Assembly (NCBI GenBank): GCA_965228895.1
Contig: OZ245842.1
Location: forward strand, 864,001-928,000
Origin: Alphaproteobacteria bacterium
GTDB taxonomy: Bacteria; Pseudomonadota; Alphaproteobacteria; SP197
Direction of reading: 5' to 3'
Length of the DNA stretch: 64,000 bases
Within the stretch, counting starts at the first letter, position 1, and each line of letters opens with the position of its first letter. Under the pieces are notes generated by a model. It saw only the letters and a list, made by a program, of their open reading frames with translations. It was not told the origin of the DNA and searched no databases. A program made the position numbers and the translations under genes. Below are positions 29,732 through 39,828 of the stretch, one piece after another.

Positions 29732-31530
29732 CAGAAAAGCTCCCCGGCACGCTCCTCGAAGAAGCCATGAGGCCACTGGTCGCGGAATTCTCCGTGTTCA
29801 TCGATGCCAAGGCCGCGAAATTGCACGCCGTCAGGACCGCCCTCGACATAGATCACCGAGAGGTCGTCGGCGGTCAGGCCGTGTACGCCCGGCGGCAGCT
29901 CTTTCTCTGTCGTCTCCCTGATGCGCCGCAAGAGCCGCAGCATGATGTGCTCGCTGTGTGTCTCGACCAGCAGGCTGCGCTCAGGACCGACGGCGGGCTG
30001 CATTAAGGTAGTGGCTTCGATAAAAAGATCGCCGAGCCCGACCTGGATAGCGGGATGAATATGAAGCTCGGGCTGTTCGATAGCGATAAGGCCGTCGGGG
30101 TCCATCAGGCAAGCGACCACGACCGGGATCATTTGGGAAATGCCGACGCCGACATCGCCCGGCGCTACCACCAGACCTTTTTCAAGATCGAGCAGACCGA
30201 AATCCGTTACGGTATTCAATGATCCATAGAGCTCTTGAAGCTCGCCGAGATCATCATCGTCAATGCCCCGTTGGAATAGCTGATGAAAACGGCTCGTGTT
30301 AGGGATTTGCTTAAAGACAGTATTCTGCAGTTGATAGCCGGTGTGCAGTTTCATCTCTGATGATAGCCATTCATTCACCTGGTCCAAGAGCGCATCAGAT
30401 ATCTGCGTGTGAAGAACATCCCATGCCGCCAGGCCCTGCGCCCACCGTGATTCATCAGGAGACAGACGTGGCCTGTATCCTCGTGTCGGGATTTCCCGCA
30501 GCGGCCCGATATAGGTGAGCGCCTTGAGGTAGTCCCGCACGATGCGAACCGGCCCAAGCACGATTTCATCGAGCAGGGTGCTCAGACCAGCCCGGCGAGA
30601 GCTTTCTAATTCATATTCATCAGCGGCCCGCCACTCATCATTCTCGGACACCCGCAACACCGCAGCGCCGCGCGCATAGCGCATGCGTATTAGATTCTTG
30701 TCGGGTTCAACCAGATCGAGAACGAGCGGACGGTCGAGATCAGGTAAAGCCCCAAAATCGGTATCAACCTTGGCGCGGAAGCGAACACGCTCGTTGACCT
30801 GCCTGTCCGCAACGATCTGCCGGGATAGCTCATAGAGCTCATTGCCCAGCGGGGTTTTGAACGGATCGCCGTGTTCGTCGTCCTCTTCGGTCTCAACCAT
30901 GACCGGAGGGCTTTCCAGCACTTCAAAGGTATCGTCATCGGGATCGATAAGCTCTTGCAACAGGCGATGTTCCCAGTTGATCCCAGTCAGCTCAGTGAGT
31001 CCTTCCTGCGGCGGTGATCGGAGCTCGGCAAGCCTCTCGCCGTCCAATTCGATCGCTACGTTCGATACGTAAGGACCCTGGATGAGATCGCTCCAGGACA
31101 CCTCGATGCCAACACCAACGTCCTGCACGACGGCGTATTCTTTGAGCTCAGTATTTTCGCCGGCCAGATAGCGGACACGCAGATTGTTGAACTGCGTATC
31201 GAGCAAGTTGCCGCCCGAGTTCAGCGGCAGCCGTTCGTTGCCTTGGTCGTCCGTCAGGTCGATCCGAACCATGATGCGGATTACCCTGCCCAGCTCATGA
31301 CTATGAACGAGGCTCGCAAAGCCGCCTAAATCGATGAGTCCGCCGGCGATCGTTTGATCGGGGTCAGGATTTTGACGTTCAAGAATTTCGCGTAAGTAAT
31401 GCAGGGCCTGAAGGACTGTGCTCTTGCCGGCGCTGTTCGGGCCGAAAAGCAGAGTGATCGGTTTGAGGTCGATCGACTGTGTTTCGCCGATGCCTTTGAA
31501 GTTTTCGATTTCGATCTGGCGTAAGCGCAT
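29731..31530 (-). CDS. ABC/AAA_21-type ATPase with DUF3696-like C-terminus
   Basis: ENFKG, GPNSAGKS (Walker A), GVGISQ, IEQPELHIHP, ETHSEH, WPHGFF. Confidence 0.85.
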   Translation of the reverse strand: MRLRQIEIENFKGIGETQSIDLKPITLLFGPNSAGKSTVLQALHYLREILERQNPDPDQTIAGGLIDLGGFASLVHSHELGRVIRIMVRIDLTDDQGNERLPLNSGGNLLDTQFNNLRVRYLAGENTELKEYAVVQDVGVGIEVSWSDLIQGPYVSNVAIELDGERLAELRSPPQEGLTELTGINWEHRLLQELIDPDDDTFEVLESPPVMVETEEDDEHGDPFKTPLGNELYELSRQIVADRQVNERVRFRAKVDTDFGALPDLDRPLVLDLVEPDKNLIRMRYARGAAVLRVSENDEWRAADEYELESSRRAGLSTLLDEIVLGPVRIVRDYLKALTYIGPLREIPTRGYRPRLSPDESRWAQGLAAWDVLHTQISDALLDQVNEWLSSEMKLHTGYQLQNTVFKQIPNTSRFHQLFQRGIDDDDLGELQELYGSLNTVTDFGLLDLEKGLVVAPGDVGVGISQMIPVVVACLMDPDGLIAIEQPELHIHPAIQVGLGDLFIEATTLMQPAVGPERSLLVETHSEHIMLRLLRRIRETTEKELPPGVHGLTADDLSVIYVEGGPDGVQFRGLGIDEHGEFRDQWPHGFFEERAGELF

Positions 31531-31539
31531 CGCGGCACC

Positions 31540-32727
31540 TCAAAGTTCACCGCGGAAGGCGCGAACAGATAGGCTTCCGAAAAGCTTTTCGCTTTCAGCG
31601 TAGCTGTCACGTAAACGCGCTGTCATTGCATTGATTTGTATGAATAATTCTCCAAATTTCTCTTGCTCCTCCTCACTGGGTCGCAGAAATTTAATCTCCT
31701 GGAATTTGCCTTTGCTAACCATTCCTTTCATCGAATTGGTTGAGTTTAACTGGATTAGATTTTTACTGACTAGAAATTGGGTATACAGAAAATACGGATT
31801 GACCGTGTCGTTGGGTATGACAGCATTTATTTGCTGATTGAATGCAACCTCACGGTCTGAAATAGCTGCGTTCCCAATAACGCTGGGGCTTCCCGCAATG
31901 CAAGTCACTAACGTTGATCCCGCTGGAGCTAGCCGTCCAAGCAGCTTCCCTGAATCACTTAAGTATTCTTCGGCTTTAGTCAGAAAATGGTCGGGCGTGT
32001 TTATATTATCCGATTTGATCCATTCAATTTCGTCGCCAAAATTTTTTGCATTCTTACGAGATGGCGTATTGCCAGTGACAACCCTTCCTAGTTCTTTGAT
32101 TGGCACTCTCGGAAGATTTCTTGAGTTCGTAATGGGGTCGCCAAATTTCTCCAAGAACGCTGATTGTAAGAGTTCGGTCATCGAAACTAGAACCTGCTCC
32201 CGCTTGCGTCGAATTTCGTCAGCCTTGTCGAGGATGGCTGCGATTCGCCGTTGCTCTGGGAGCGATGGAACGGGTACCTCGAACCGATCGAGTTCGGACT
32301 TCCGTATATTCTTAATGTTCGCGCCCGCTGATTTCTGTGTCCATGACCGAAATGCTGGCGATCTGAGATAATAGAAAAGGAATGATGGGTCGCTCTTTGT
32401 GGGCTTTGCTCGAATCCCCGCACAAAATGCACCAAACGAACCTGGCCAATCATTCCTAGCGAAGCCCGTTTTACCTACAACTTCCGAGCTGCCGGACGAG
32501 GTACATATAACGATGTCACCCTGACGCAGCATTTGTTTATCGCTGATTTTCCCTCGCGGCACGTAAACCAAGTCATCATCCAGCACGAGACTATCTTGAA
32601 TGTTACCAGCGCGGAGCACCGGCAACAGACCATCCGCAGGTTGATCAGTAGCATCAGCCTTTGAAAAGGTTACGCCGCGAACAACGCTCGCAATCTCGCC
32701 CAGCGGTGTAAAAGGCATATCCTTCAT
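31540..32727 (-). CDS. hsdS: type I R-M specificity subunit
   Basis: Two TRDs joined by [17 protein letters not shown]; C-terminal AFRGEL. Confidence 0.93.
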   Translation of the reverse strand: MKDMPFTPLGEIASVVRGVTFSKADATDQPADGLLPVLRAGNIQDSLVLDDDLVYVPRGKISDKQMLRQGDIVICTSSGSSEVVGKTGFARNDWPGSFGAFCAGIRAKPTKSDPSFLFYYLRSPAFRSWTQKSAGANIKNIRKSELDRFEVPVPSLPEQRRIAAILDKADEIRRKREQVLVSMTELLQSAFLEKFGDPITNSRNLPRVPIKELGRVVTGNTPSRKNAKNFGDEIEWIKSDNINTPDHFLTKAEEYLSDSGKLLGRLAPAGSTLVTCIAGSPSVIGNAAISDREVAFNQQINAVIPNDTVNPYFLYTQFLVSKNLIQLNSTNSMKGMVSKGKFQEIKFLRPSEEEQEKFGELFIQINAMTARLRDSYAESEKLFGSLSVRAFRGEL

Positions 32728-34247
32728 CTGAGCATCTCCTCCAGCTCAGCGAGGTCTGAACCGATCTCTTCGTTGAACGCCGTCATCCGTTCCAGGATCA
32801 CTTGCGGCGGATCATATTCTTCTTCTTCGTAAACGGTCTCCTTGTAGCGGCTCAGAGAGAGGTCATAGTTGGCTTCTCTAATCTCATCTGCCGGTACGAA
32901 AAATGCCTTAGAGGTGCGGTCCGTGTCCTTTTTGGAATCGCGGGCGCGCCAGCGCGCAAGGCAGTCGGGCAGGTCGGTTTCCCCGATCTTCTCGCGCTTG
33001 TCGTCGAGCGAGAAGCCGTCGGCCTGCACATCATAAAAGAAGACATCTTTCGTCTCCCCGCCCTTAGTGAAAAAAAGAATGCCAGTGGAGACCCCAGCGT
33101 AGGGTTTGAAGACGCCGCTCGGCAGCGAGATAACCGCTTCCAGCTGGTTATTGTCGATCAGCAATTTGCGCAGCGCTTGATGTGCGCCGGATGAGCCGAA
33201 CAGCACACCATCGGGAACGATGGTTGCCGAACGTCCGCCATTCTTGAGCATGCGCAGGATAAGCGTAACGAACAGGAGCTCGGTTTTCTTGGTCTTGACC
33301 TGCCGCAGCAACGAAGCATGCACGTCCTCAAAATCAAGGCTCCCCTTGAAAGGCGGGTTGGCGAGGATAACGTTAAAACCTTCGCTGGCCGCTTTGGGGA
33401 AGCGCTCGCTGAAGCTAGTGCTAAGCGTGTCCTGATAATGAATGTCGGGATCGTCAACGCCATGCAGCATCAAGTTCATCGCGGCGATACGCAACATTGT
33501 CGCATCAAAATCAAAGCCGTGGAACATTTCGCTGCGAATGAAATCCCGATGCTCTTCGAGCAGATCACCTGTGAAGATTTTTTCGGTCGCACCGGTTTCC
33601 GCGTCTGTTTCCTCAATGATACCTTCGGGCGACGTGTGCGCCTCCAGCAGATATTGCATGACGCTGACCAGGAAACCGCCGGTGCCGCAGGCCGGGTCAC
33701 CAACAAACTCTGTCGGCTGCGGCTCCAGCATGTCCACCATCAACCGGATGATATGGCGCGGTGTGCGGAACTGCCCGTTGATGCCCGCGGTCGTTAGTTT
33801 GCTGAGCAGATACTCATAGAGATCGCCTTTGGTGTCGCCTTCGGTCAGCGGCAATTCGTGGATCATATTGACGGCTTTAACCAGAAGGCCCGGTTTCTGG
33901 ATCATGAGCTGCGCATCTTTCATGAACTCAGCGAAGGCCGATCCGCTTGCCGCAGTCGTTCTGAAATGAGGGAAAATCTCATCGCGCACGAGAGGCAACA
34001 TTTTATCTGCGCCCAAATGCCGAAATTGCGACCAGCGCAGATGCTGTTCATCTTCCTTAAAGCGCCGCTCGAACGACTTGCCCGTACGCTTGGCGCGTTT
34101 CTCGTCGCGCGTCTCATTGATGTCCAACAGCCGAGCATACATCAAGAATGTGATCTGCTCGATCACGGTCAGGGGATTGGTGATCCCGCCCTGCCAAAAC
34201 TCTGTCCAGAGCGCGTCGATACGCCGCTTGAGTTCTCCCGTGACCAT
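32724..34247 (-). CDS. hsdM: type I R-M methyltransferase (N6-adenine)
   Basis: [30 protein letters not shown]. Confidence 0.95.
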   Translation of the reverse strand: MVTGELKRRIDALWTEFWQGGITNPLTVIEQITFLMYARLLDINETRDEKRAKRTGKSFERRFKEDEQHLRWSQFRHLGADKMLPLVRDEIFPHFRTTAASGSAFAEFMKDAQLMIQKPGLLVKAVNMIHELPLTEGDTKGDLYEYLLSKLTTAGINGQFRTPRHIIRLMVDMLEPQPTEFVGDPACGTGGFLVSVMQYLLEAHTSPEGIIEETDAETGATEKIFTGDLLEEHRDFIRSEMFHGFDFDATMLRIAAMNLMLHGVDDPDIHYQDTLSTSFSERFPKAASEGFNVILANPPFKGSLDFEDVHASLLRQVKTKKTELLFVTLILRMLKNGGRSATIVPDGVLFGSSGAHQALRKLLIDNNQLEAVISLPSGVFKPYAGVSTGILFFTKGGETKDVFFYDVQADGFSLDDKREKIGETDLPDCLARWRARDSKKDTDRTSKAFFVPADEIREANYDLSLSRYKETVYEEEEYDPPQVILERMTAFNEEIGSDLAELEEMLR

Positions 34248-37200
34248 TATTGTCCGTTCCTTTCGTTCGGCTGAGTTTCTTCACCGTCCGCTTCTGGCGG
34301 CCCAAAGGCCCGAATGACCTTAAGCAGATCCGCGACTTTGTCTTCGTCTTCGAAAACGCCGTCGAGACCGTCGGCATCGATGACCGTGAACGGTGCTTCA
34401 TAGAGTTTGTCGATTGTGATCGTGCCATAGCGGGCGATATGGTTTTGCAGCAGCCCGAGAAAGCGCGTCTGCTTGGCGGTCAGCTTCGGATGTTTGCGCG
34501 CAAACTCCGCAAAGTTTTCCTGCACGGCCTGCGCGTCCAAACCGATGATCGCGCGGATCGCGAATTGCAGCGGCTCGGCGGTCGCGCTGAAGAATTCTTC
34601 GAGCACGGCGCGACTGGCATCCGGGCTTTGTGTCAGGATCAGCGAGACCAGCGCTTGCAGATCGGATTCCGATACCGGCTTGCCCGCACGTATCTTCTTG
34701 AGAGTCGGGTTCGTATCAAAATGCTTTTTGATCTCATCCTCGACAACTTGCTGATAGGCTTTCATATCGACCGCCTTCAGGCTTGCCGAGCGGCGGCTAT
34801 AGTAGATGCCGGCATCGTCCTCTGTGATATCGACGATCTTGGCAGGCAGGGGCTGACCGGCGCCTCGCTCGCGGTGATGCATAATCTCGCGTAGCGGAAT
34901 GCGCACTTCTTCAAGTGCCGCGATGGTCACGCTCTTCCAGAACTCATCCGCTCTTACGCGCTTAATGATCTCGGCCTTTTCCCGGACGGGATTGAGGTGC
35001 ATTTGCAGCGCCGCAAGCCGGTCCATGAGCTCAACTTTCAGGTCGGCGATCTGGCCGGAGCCCCGCAGCAGCGCATTTTGCATGCGGGCGATTAGCAGGT
35101 CGAGCGCATAGGCGTCACTGCGCCCGCGGATGTTCCGCCACTGCATAAGCGCAGCAATATCCTGCCGCAGCCGGGCGACCGTAGCCGGTGCGAAGGCTTT
35201 TAGCGTGGCGGGCTGCGCAAGCGTTCGCTTTTCCTTCCACTTTTCACGGACGGCAATCGACTCCTCGGGCAGCGCTTCGATATCGCCCGCAATCAGATTG
35301 ATGGCAGTTTCGAAGACCGCGATCTCGCTTTTATGCAGTGCGGTTTCAGCGAGCAGCAATCGCTCTTCGAACACGAGCTGCATCAGTGATTTGCTTTGCG
35401 TCGGCTCTGCCGGGCGGTAGCCCATTTCAAAGCGCTCGAAATTGCCCCAGTGATCAAAGATGCGGAAGATCATTTTGTGCTGGCCCGGCCCGAACAGGTC
35501 CTCGCAAAGCCGAGTGCCGCGCCCGATCATCTGCCAGAACTTCACCGGCGATCTGACCGGCTTTGCAAATACGAGGTTGAGGATTTCCGGGATGTCGATG
35601 CCCGTATCGAGCATATCGACGGAGATCGCGATGGTCAGATCGTTGTTCGTCCCTTCGCCCTTGAAGTCATCAATCAGCTGCTCGGCGCGCGGATCGTAAT
35701 TGTCGATCACTTGGCAGAGCTTGCCACCATATTGCGGGTACATCTCATCGAAGAGCTGGCGCAGCAGCACCGCATGCTGGTGGTTGCGCGCAAAGATGAT
35801 GCTCTTGCCGGGAAGCTGCCCCGTTGCATCGCGCACACCATTTTCCATCAGGTTGCGCAGGATCGCCCGGTTGGTGTCCTTGTTGTAAATGACCTTATCG
35901 ACCTGCTCGGATGAGAAATCATACTGTAAAGGATCTTCACCCTGCTCTTCGAGCTGTTCGATTTGCTCCGCGGTGAGCGTATCCAGGCTGATACCTTCGC
36001 GCAGGAACTGCGTCGTGTGCTCGAAGACCTCAAACGGCGTCAGGTAGCCTTCCTGAACCGCCTGCTCCAAATCGTAATTTGCCGTCGGTAGTTGGCCTTC
36101 GCAGTTGAAGAGTCGGAAGGTGCTTTTTGTAACGAAGTCGACTGGCGTTGCGGTCAGCCCGATCTGGTGACAATCGAAATAGTGAAAGATGTCGCCGTAG
36201 ACATTGTAGATACTGCGGTGCGATTCATCGGCGATGATAAGGTCGAAGAAACCCGTATCAAAGGACTGAAAGACCTTCTGCATCGCCGGATATGTCGCGA
36301 GGAATATCCGTTCGCTGGCGTTTGATTTAACGCGTGACGTGATAATCCGGATCGGCTCGGACAGAAAATCATTGAAGGCGTTCTTTGCCTGCTTGCGCAG
36401 TTCCCGCCTGTCGCACAGGAACAGCACGCGCTTGACCCATCCGGCGCGGATCAGAAGATCGGTCAGTGCAATCGCCACGCGCGTCTTGCCCGTGCCCGTT
36501 GCCTGCACGATCAGTGCCTTACGGTGCCTGGCCGTGAAGCGTTCGGAGACGCGCTTGATCGACTCGATCTGATAAAGGCGGTTTACGATCGTCTCGTTGA
36601 TCTCGACCGTATCAAGCGGCGTGCGTTGTTGGCGCTGATAGTTTGCCAGAAGCTGGAGGCTGTCTTTGGAATAGAAGCCGAAGAGCTTGCGCGGCGGATA
36701 TCCCTGGGCGTCATCCCAAATCCAGACATCAAACCCGTTTGCGTAAAAAATCACGGGCCGGTGGCCATGCATCTTTTCCAGGCCGTCGGTGTATAGCTTG
36801 GCCTGATGGCGTCCTAGTTCGGGGTCAACAGACGTCTTCTTGGCTTCGATAACGGCAAGCGGATTGCCGTTATCATCCCAGAGCACGTAGTCCGCATAGC
36901 CGAGCCCCGCCTCTGTCGGTTGATGCTCGACTTCTATCTCCTTGCCGACTTCCGCCGTGCTGGAAAGGTCCGCGCCCACATCCCACCCAGCGCTGGCGAG
37001 CTGGCTGTCAATGAGCCGCGTCCGCGTTGCCGCTTCATCGAACTCAAGGGCGTTGGCGGCGGCTTGTCCCGCTTCAGCGAGCGCCTTAAGTTCTTCTGCT
37101 TTCTTTTCAGTAACGCTTGCGGCCTGGCGGGCCGTTTCAAGTTCGCTGAGCAGCGCATCCATCCGCGCTTCCTGCGCGGCGAGCCTTTCAAGAACTTGAC

Positions 37201-37645
37201 GACGCTCGAGGGCGGCCGCTTCCTTGGGCGCTGCCGGCTGTTTGAATGGAGGGATGTCGCCAGCCTTGGCATCGCCGCGCTGCACAGCAAGCCAGCGCGC
37301 TAGGTCATGTGCTTCTTTGAGCAGCCAGAGGGCCTTCTGGCTCTTTGCCTCTTCACCGTGAGCGGCTTTGTTGCCGTGAATGCGCAGCGCATGAAGCTTG
37401 TCGAGCACGACCTTTGGCGTGATTGCCGCAAAGGCATGATTCTTGAGCAGATCAATGAAAGTCGCCTGATCTGGTTTCGGCAGGCTCCGGTCGCGGTAGA
37501 TGTCCTTGGTCAAATTCTCGGCATACGAACGCAGCTTAACCAAGGCGCTCGCTGGATCGGTATGTGCGTAGGCTTCGGCAAAGCTGCCAAGCTCGGCAAG
37601 CCCAGGCCAAGCACTTCGGAGAAGCTCAAAGTTCTCCGACTTCAT
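34247..37645 (-). CDS. hsdR: type I R-M restriction subunit (DUF4145 N-term, EcoEI-like)
   Basis: ADY..AVIEAK nuclease motif, [21 protein letters not shown]. Confidence 0.94.
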   Translation of the reverse strand: MKSENFELLRSAWPGLAELGSFAEAYAHTDPASALVKLRSYAENLTKDIYRDRSLPKPDQATFIDLLKNHAFAAITPKVVLDKLHALRIHGNKAAHGEEAKSQKALWLLKEAHDLARWLAVQRGDAKAGDIPPFKQPAAPKEAAALERRQVLERLAAQEARMDALLSELETARQAASVTEKKAEELKALAEAGQAAANALEFDEAATRTRLIDSQLASAGWDVGADLSSTAEVGKEIEVEHQPTEAGLGYADYVLWDDNGNPLAVIEAKKTSVDPELGRHQAKLYTDGLEKMHGHRPVIFYANGFDVWIWDDAQGYPPRKLFGFYSKDSLQLLANYQRQQRTPLDTVEINETIVNRLYQIESIKRVSERFTARHRKALIVQATGTGKTRVAIALTDLLIRAGWVKRVLFLCDRRELRKQAKNAFNDFLSEPIRIITSRVKSNASERIFLATYPAMQKVFQSFDTGFFDLIIADESHRSIYNVYGDIFHYFDCHQIGLTATPVDFVTKSTFRLFNCEGQLPTANYDLEQAVQEGYLTPFEVFEHTTQFLREGISLDTLTAEQIEQLEEQGEDPLQYDFSSEQVDKVIYNKDTNRAILRNLMENGVRDATGQLPGKSIIFARNHQHAVLLRQLFDEMYPQYGGKLCQVIDNYDPRAEQLIDDFKGEGTNNDLTIAISVDMLDTGIDIPEILNLVFAKPVRSPVKFWQMIGRGTRLCEDLFGPGQHKMIFRIFDHWGNFERFEMGYRPAEPTQSKSLMQLVFEERLLLAETALHKSEIAVFETAINLIAGDIEALPEESIAVREKWKEKRTLAQPATLKAFAPATVARLRQDIAALMQWRNIRGRSDAYALDLLIARMQNALLRGSGQIADLKVELMDRLAALQMHLNPVREKAEIIKRVRADEFWKSVTIAALEEVRIPLREIMHHRERGAGQPLPAKIVDITEDDAGIYYSRRSASLKAVDMKAYQQVVEDEIKKHFDTNPTLKKIRAGKPVSESDLQALVSLILTQSPDASRAVLEEFFSATAEPLQFAIRAIIGLDAQAVQENFAEFARKHPKLTAKQTRFLGLLQNHIARYGTITIDKLYEAPFTVIDADGLDGVFEDEDKVADLLKVIRAFGPPEADGEETQPNERNGQ

Positions 37646-37729
37646 TGTGAGCACTCCACGCGGGCAACATGATCGGAGTTCACCTTCGCAGCGACCCTCA
37701 GCCGCGAACCGACGCGCTGAATTGGACGT

Positions 37730-39223
37730 TCAAACGACCTCATAGCGCTTCATCCAATTCGACAACGTTTGATAGCTCGGAAGCCCAACAAGCTTGGCAG
37801 CTACTGTCTTGTTCCCCTCGGCATGCTCGATGGCGCGTCTGATATAGTGACGCGCGACTTCTGCCATCAGATCCTGAAGGTCAACTCCCTCTTCGATAGG
37901 TCGCCCTAGAACGCCGTCACCGGTCTTGCTGTGTGCAGGTAACGCAAAGACTGAGTCCCAAACATCCGCCTCAGTAATTTGCTCGCTATCGGACCAGACC
38001 GCGGCACGCCGAAGGGTGTTCTCAAGCTCCCGCAAATTCCCTGGCCAAGACTGCTGCATCAAAAAATTCTTTGCCGCAGGCGACAGGGTCTTAGCTAGAA
38101 ATCCGGGCTCGCTTTCACTCTGATCGTTTATGCGGGCCATCAGCTTGTTGATAAGCAGACCGAGGTCTCCAGATCGCTCGCGCAGGGGCGGGACCTTAAG
38201 CACTAGAACTGCGAGACCGTAAAACAGGCCTTCCTTGAAGCAACCTGAAGCGACAGAATCAATTAGATTATGTCCGGTCGAAGCGATGACGCGAACATCC
38301 AGCGCTTTGCCGTTCGATTCTTGCGGCCGCGGAACGATCCCTGTCTCAAGGAATCTTTCAAGGCGAGACTGCGCTTCGAGCGGCAGCGCCTCGATCTCTT
38401 CTAGATAGAGCGTGCCGTTGTCCGCGGCGTCGATAGCGCCCACATGATCGGGCTTGGCCGTTCCATCCTCAATCGCACCAAAAAGCTCATCCTCAACGAA
38501 GTCACTGGAAAGCGCGCCGCAGTTCAGGGAGATAAACGGTCCAGACCTCCGCGAGCCGTTCGCGTGAATTGACCGAGCGAGCAGTACCTTTTCCGTGCCA
38601 GTTTCGCCTTCAATGAGGACCGGCACTGATCGCTGGGCGGCCTTTTCAGCCTTTTGCACCAACCGTGACATGGCCGCGCTGCGGAATACGAGATCGCCGT
38701 AGCTCTCTGATGCAGATCCCGCGCTCAACTGGGCCAAGCGTTTGTCGGCCGGCTTGAGGATCTTGGGCAGCAGTTCGGCGGAAAGCTCAAACGGCAGCTC
38801 AACGGTCTTCACGCCGTGCTCTATAGACGACTGGATCAGTTCGGCCGGAAATCGCGTTGTGCTGAGAATGGTCCAAACCGTCGCCATCGCCCAGGTCCCT
38901 GGGCTCAGGTGAAATGTCAGCTCTGGGATTTCATCGAGATCTGCGAGGCTCGATTCCAACGCATCTGTTGTCAGTGCGTGGATCGCCTCAAGGTCAGTTG
39001 GATCCAAGAGACTCGCTTGAACGGTGACGATTTCCGCATCGGTCCGCTGTCGCAACCAATCAATGTAGCCGTTGACCCGTTCAGGCTCTTGGTTCGCGAT
39101 CAAAAGGGCGCGATCGAAGCGCCGCTCCTCCAGCGCGCCACCTATAGGACCAGGCTCGGTCCCGCCATCCTTGTGGGAGGCATCGAGATCTTGGGTGCCA
39201 ATCCATGCAGCAAGTATCTTCAT
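37730..39223 (-). CDS. RtcR/NtrC-like AAA+ Fis-HTH regulator with CARF-like N-terminus, degenerate motifs
   Basis: FHLSPGT N-terminal motif, LNCGAL, VPPLRER, WPGNLREL, Fis HTH. Walker A reads GETGTEK and GAFTGA is absent. Confidence 0.82.
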   Translation of the reverse strand: MKILAAWIGTQDLDASHKDGGTEPGPIGGALEERRFDRALLIANQEPERVNGYIDWLRQRTDAEIVTVQASLLDPTDLEAIHALTTDALESSLADLDEIPELTFHLSPGTWAMATVWTILSTTRFPAELIQSSIEHGVKTVELPFELSAELLPKILKPADKRLAQLSAGSASESYGDLVFRSAAMSRLVQKAEKAAQRSVPVLIEGETGTEKVLLARSIHANGSRRSGPFISLNCGALSSDFVEDELFGAIEDGTAKPDHVGAIDAADNGTLYLEEIEALPLEAQSRLERFLETGIVPRPQESNGKALDVRVIASTGHNLIDSVASGCFKEGLFYGLAVLVLKVPPLRERSGDLGLLINKLMARINDQSESEPGFLAKTLSPAAKNFLMQQSWPGNLRELENTLRRAAVWSDSEQITEADVWDSVFALPAHSKTGDGVLGRPIEEGVDLQDLMAEVARHYIRRAIEHAEGNKTVAAKLVGLPSYQTLSNWMKRYEVV

Positions 39224-39475
39224 GACGCTAGTATACAAACTATTTTACGTTACCGCAAGTCTTTTCTCCTAGGTTGGCGCGCGTTCAAGCCGCCAGAGAA
39301 TCAAGATATATTTAGTCAAAACAAAATGTTATTGGACCTCTGAATGTGTCGGCGACGGCGAAGCGCAAGATTCTTTACGTCGGAAACAAAAAAATCATTG
39401 ACGATATGCACAAGAAAACTTACGTTCAACTCACAGGAGGACGGGTTCGCCGTGATTGACGGGAGGTCAGCCGTG

Positions 39476-39757
39476 ATGGACTGCGAAAACGAAAACGAGA
39501 TAGGGATGGAGGAGTTGGTGACCCGCGTGAGCGGGCTGACCGAGACCCTTCTCGCGGACGGGGCTGACGCGGCCGAGCTGGCTTTTGTTCTGGCGTCCGT
39601 CGCCGCGGATATGGGTCTCCAGTTAACGGGCGACCCGAACAAAGTGTTTCCGGTGCTGTTAAGCGCGATCGCGAACCAGGCGAGCAAGAGGCTCGAGGCG
39701 GACGAGGCCGACGCCGGCGAGGAAACCGAAATCCCAATCGGGGCGACGGTTCACTAA
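39476..39757 (+). CDS. small acidic hypothetical protein
   Basis: GGAGG RBS before MDCENE; helical. Start uncertain. Confidence 0.6.
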   Translation: MDCENENEIGMEELVTRVSGLTETLLADGADAAELAFVLASVAADMGLQLTGDPNKVFPVLLSAIANQASKRLEADEADAGEETEIPIGATVH

Positions 39758-39828
39758 TCAGTCGACCACATCGGGCAACGACGCCAAGGGGCATTTGATC
39801 AGAGAGATTTTGGACCGGGCTTAAGACG

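Noticed and set aside
39224-39475. Sigma54 (-24/-12) promoter for the AAA+ regulator
   Set aside because: No convincing TGGCAC-N5-TTGC, and the regulator lacks GAFTGA.
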